From assembly GCA_021803945.1 (NCBI GenBank), contig JAJZKW010000001.1, forward strand, positions 77,127 to 141,126: 64,000 nucleotides of DNA, given 5' to 3'. Both the position numbers and the translations under genes were made by a program. This DNA is from Candidatus Micrarchaeota archaeon. Its GTDB lineage: Archaea > Micrarchaeota > Micrarchaeia > Micrarchaeales > CABMGC01. Of this stretch, positions 61,215 through 64,000 are shown one piece after another (positions within the stretch are counted from its first letter, which is position 1; each line of letters opens with the position of its first letter). The notes under the pieces were generated by a model. It saw nothing but the letters and a program-made list of their open reading frames with translations. It ran no database searches and was not told the DNA's origin.

Positions 61215-61634
61215 ATGAGTGGAGAGAACTCTTATGACGTCCGCGGAAGGCAGTCGCTAATATTCAGGCTGTCGCACTTTGACAGGGAAGGGCTCATTCA
61301 CATGGTTTTCTATAGGATTGCGGTGTTCTTGGCGCTGATCCTAGCTGCAAGCATGATACTGAGCATGTCATATTACCGGACCCCGTTCACCGGAATCACA
61401 AAGGCGCTGCTGCTCCTTGTCTGGATCATCTTCACCCCGCAGCTATTCGAGACTGCGAAGGCGATGTCGCTGATATCCAGCAGGGGCATAGTCTTCGGAA
61501 AGCTCAATAACTCGTTCATGAAATACGGAGTAAGGAAGAAAAAAACATACATATTACTTAAAGCGCTCCCGTATGCGTCATTGCTGATATGGGCGGCTGG
61601 ATTTGCAGTGCTTGTGAAGGTGTGGTTTATATGA
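61215..61634 (+). CDS. Small 3-TM membrane protein between sdhA and sdhB (candidate non-canonical anchor)
   Basis: 139-aa ORF with three hydrophobic helices (FYRIAVFLALILAASMILSM; ALLLLVWIIFTPQLF; ASLLIWAAGFAVLVKVWFI). ATGA overlap with the sdhB start (verified at 61631-61634). Confidence 0.5.
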   Translation: MSGENSYDVRGRQSLIFRLSHFDREGLIHMVFYRIAVFLALILAASMILSMSYYRTPFTGITKALLLLVWIIFTPQLFETAKAMSLISSRGIVFGKLNNSFMKYGVRKKKTYILLKALPYASLLIWAAGFAVLVKVWFI

Positions 61635-62617
61635 GAGCTTCAAGGTACACCATATTCGTTTATGCAGGAATAATAGGCGTCCCCGTAGTAATGCTCGTTA
61701 TGGTGGCGGGATTTGCTCTCGGAAGCCCATATGCCTTTACGCTGATACCGATGCTGCTGGCATTGGCGCTTATTGTATTCGGGGTTTCAGGCATAGCTGA
61801 CATATACCTTCACCCCACCTATCCTGGAAGCATGAAGAGGATATCTAATGGAGCTGAGACGGAAAATAAGGCCAGGCCAAGGGACAGGAGCGGGGTGCCA
61901 GTGGCCATCTCAATAAAGAGATTCAACAATGAGACAAAGCAGTTTGACATTACAACATACGAGGCATATGCGAATGACAGGACAACAGTACTGGGAGCAA
62001 TGCTGGATATAAAGGACTACCAAGATAATACGCTGTCAATAAGGTGCAACTGCAGGATGGGAATATGTGGATCCTGCGGCATGGTAGTGAACGGGAAGCC
62101 GGTACTTGCCTGCGAAACTAACCTTATGAAGGTTTCTGGCGGAGGGGCAGTCGAGATCTCGCCAATGCTCGGGCATCCAGCCCTAAAGGACGTCGTCGCC
62201 GATTTTGAAGATTTCTTCAATAGGCATAAATCAGTAAGCCCTACGCTCTACAGGGATGACCAGAAAGAGAAGTACGCTGCAAGGAAGGAATACGCGCAGA
62301 GCAAAGAGGATCTCGACAGGTACCTGCCTTATTCCTATTGCATAATGTGCGGATTGTGCCTTGATGCCTGCCCGGTTGTCAACTCCAACCCTAATTTCAT
62401 AGGGCCCCAGGCGCTGTCGCAGGTCTACAGGTATTACTCGGATTCGAGGGACCAGAAGGGAAAGAGGAGGCTGTTTGATGTAGATTCGGTAGAAGATGCA
62501 TGGGGATGCGAGTTCTCAGGCTCGTGCTCTACAGCATGCCCGAAGGGAGTGGACCCGGCCGGTGCAATACAGCTCCTGAAGGGGGACTTGATGAAGAATA
62601 TATTGGAAAAGGAATGA
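61631..62617 (+). CDS. sdhB: Succinate dehydrogenase/fumarate reductase iron-sulfur subunit fused to an N-terminal two-TM segment
   Basis: Residues ~1-75 form two TM helices (YTIFVYAGIIGVPVVMLVMVAGFAL; FTLIPMLLALALIVFGVSGIADIYL). A standard SdhB follows: CNCRMGICGSCGMVVNGKPVLAC, CIMCGLCLDACP, CEFSGSCSTACPKG. Confidence 0.8.
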   Translation: MRASRYTIFVYAGIIGVPVVMLVMVAGFALGSPYAFTLIPMLLALALIVFGVSGIADIYLHPTYPGSMKRISNGAETENKARPRDRSGVPVAISIKRFNNETKQFDITTYEAYANDRTTVLGAMLDIKDYQDNTLSIRCNCRMGICGSCGMVVNGKPVLACETNLMKVSGGGAVEISPMLGHPALKDVVADFEDFFNRHKSVSPTLYRDDQKEKYAARKEYAQSKEDLDRYLPYSYCIMCGLCLDACPVVNSNPNFIGPQALSQVYRYYSDSRDQKGKRRLFDVDSVEDAWGCEFSGSCSTACPKGVDPAGAIQLLKGDLMKNILEKE

Positions 62618-62625
62618 GGGATTTT

Positions 62626-64000
62626 ATGTATAGAGAAGAAAGAGACGTGCTTGGAAAGGTGATGGTGCCAGCAGGCGCCTATTACGGATCAGAAACGCAG
62701 AGGACAGTTGAGAATTTCGGTGTGTCGGGCATAAAGGTGCCGCTTGAGCTTGTATACGCGTACGCAATGCTAAAGAAGGCCGCAGCCATCGCCAACATGG
62801 AAGATGGAAAATTGGACAGGAGGAGAGGGAACGCCATAGTACATGCATGCAATGACATTCTGGCCCATAAGCTCGACGGACAGTTCCCAATCGATGTGTT
62901 CCAGTCAGGAGCCGGCACCTCGCTCAATATGAATGTGAACGAAGTGCTGGCCAACAGGGCCATTGAGATACTGCACGGAAAACTTGGCGACTATAGCATT
63001 GTGCATCCCAATGACCATGTAAACATGTCGCAATCGACAAACGATACAATGCCGTCAGTGCTGCACATAGCCGCTTATATCGGTATCAGGGACGCGCTTC
63101 TCCCATCGCTTGCTGTGCTTCAGAAGGCCCTGGCAAAGAAGGCCGTCGAATTCAGGAGCGTAGTCAAGATCGGCAGGACCCATCTCCAGGACGCAGTCCC
63201 AATCACACTTGGCCAGGAGTTTTCAGGCTACGAAGCGGCATTATCAAGCGCTATAGATATCCTCAAGGAAGCCCAGAAAAGGCTGCTTTGCATACCGCTC
63301 GGAGGGACTGCAGTAGGCACGATGATAAATGCGGATGAGAAGTATGCAAGGCTGGCCGTAAGGGAGCTTGGCAGAATAAGCGGAGCGAGATTCAGGGTGG
63401 CGAAGAACAGGTTTGCCTCGATGCAGCAGAGGCTGGAGTCTCTTGCCGCCTCCGACGCTCTTAAAGCAGTCTCAACAGTGATAAATAAGGTAGCGAACGA
63501 CTTAAGGCTGCTGTCATCAGGCCCTGTGGGAGGGATGGATGAGATAACACTTCCTGCTGTCATGCCTGGATCGTCTATAATGCCTGGCAAGATAAACCCC
63601 AGCATTGCGGAGATGATGAATATGGTATGCATGACGGTCATGGGAAAATGCAAGGCGATAGACGAGGCGGCGAATGGGGGCCAGCTTGAAATAAACGTCT
63701 TTACCCCTGTGATATCCTACGAGCTCATTACTTCAATCAAGATACTGGCGAACGGATCTAGAATCTTTGCGGAGAGATGCATAACCGGAATTGTGGTAAA
63801 TAAGGGCAGGGTGGAGAAGAATATAGAGATGGACACCTCGCTTGCGACTGCACTTAGCCCGTATATAGGATACAAAAAGGCCTCTGAGATAGCAAGGGAG
63901 GCATATAAGACTGGAAAGAGCGTGAAGCAGGTGGCGCTTGGAATGGGGATACTTGGCAAGAAGGAGCTTGACAGGATACTCGACCCAAGGAGGCAGGTAG
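62626..64000 (+). CDS. Class II fumarate hydratase / aspartate ammonia-lyase family enzyme, 3'-truncated by window end
   Basis: My translation from ATG 62626 is MYREERDVLGKVMVPAGAYYGSETQRTVENF...SQSTNDTMPS...GRTHLQDAVPITLGQEF...GSSIMPGKINPSIAEMM... The frame is open to position 64000. Not in the ORF track because no stop is reached. Confidence 0.8.
   Translation, partial: MYREERDVLGKVMVPAGAYYGSETQRTVENFGVSGIKVPLELVYAYAMLKKAAAIANMEDGKLDRRRGNAIVHACNDILAHKLDGQFPIDVFQSGAGTSLNMNVNEVLANRAIEILHGKLGDYSIVHPNDHVNMSQSTNDTMPSVLHIAAYIGIRDALLPSLAVLQKALAKKAVEFRSVVKIGRTHLQDAVPITLGQEFSGYEAALSSAIDILKEAQKRLLCIPLGGTAVGTMINADEKYARLAVRELGRISGARFRVAKNRFASMQQRLESLAASDALKAVSTVINKVANDLRLLSSGPVGGMDEITLPAVMPGSSIMPGKINPSIAEMMNMVCMTVMGKCKAIDEAANGGQLEINVFTPVISYELITSIKILANGSRIFAERCITGIVVNKGRVEKNIEMDTSLATALSPYIGYKKASEIAREAYKTGKSVKQVALGMGILGKKELDRILDPRRQV

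Noticed and set aside
1-64000. CRISPR arrays, cas operons, or classic multi-gene defence loci (prompted by the Cas4-like gene and the TA modules)
   Set aside because: I found no regularly spaced short direct repeats anywhere. The only defence-like elements are the two type II TA pairs and the orphan Cas4-like nuclease.

Overview
Densely coded archaeal chromosomal segment. Archaeal hallmarks: Alba, aIF-1A, aIF-2beta, eS1/S3Ae, eS8, uS15, FEN1, MBF1, CDP-archaeol synthase, RIO kinase, Cgi121, EndoQ-like nuclease, archaeal-type 16S and SRP RNAs, and an intron-bearing tRNA. The 16S is very divergent and not linked to a 23S, genes are tightly packed with many ATGA stop/start overlaps, and the lipoate ligase is split as in Thermoplasma. 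This fits a small-genome DPANN/ARMAN-like (Micrarchaeota-like) or Thermoplasmata-related lineage, but I cannot confirm taxonomy without a database search. Core content: six aminoacyl-tRNA-related loci (archaeal-type AspRS, bacterial-type AspRS, AsnRS, ValRS, AlaRS, gatCAB), a lipoylation module, sdhA/sdhB plus a fumarase-family gene, argF, pyrH, thrC, a PiT/DUF47 phosphate pair, an ABC exporter, several HAD phosphatases, one 16S rRNA, two tRNA-Ser genes and one SRP RNA. Main hunt results: (1) Three separate AT-rich insertions each lie just downstream of a gene's 3' end and are bracketed by a direct repeat copying that 3' end. They are a MazF-type TA cassette behind the parvulin gene, a VapBC cassette behind tRNA-Ser(GCU), and a ~5.9 kb bipartite island behind tRNA-Ser(UGA). 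None has a visible integrase. (2) The tRNA-Ser(UGA) island carries a tightly coupled DapF-like epimerase - GNAT - VanX-like D,D-dipeptidase operon with an adjacent co-oriented MIO ammonia-lyase/aminomutase, an unexpected D-amino-acid/peptide set for an archaeon. (3) Two ribosomal-stalk look-alikes: a tandem P1 N-domain protein with no tail, and an unrelated 105-aa protein ending in a P-stalk-like GLGMIFG tail. (4) A succinate dehydrogenase whose Fe-S subunit is fused to two N-terminal TM helices, next to a small 3-TM protein instead of canonical SdhC/D. (5) A bacterial-type aspS directly downstream of gatCAB (a likely gatC-gatA-gatB-aspS operon) coexisting with archaeal AspRS and AsnRS. (6) Smaller items: an unannotated 40-aa ultra-basic ORF with a bL34-like motif, a P-loop-degenerate AdkA-like/deoxyribosyltransferase-like fusion, a tandem pair of ~325-aa all-alpha paralogs, and a free-standing LAGLIDADG-like protein. 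No CRISPR array, 23S or 5S rRNA was seen. All family assignments come from reading motifs by eye and need HMM/BLAST confirmation.
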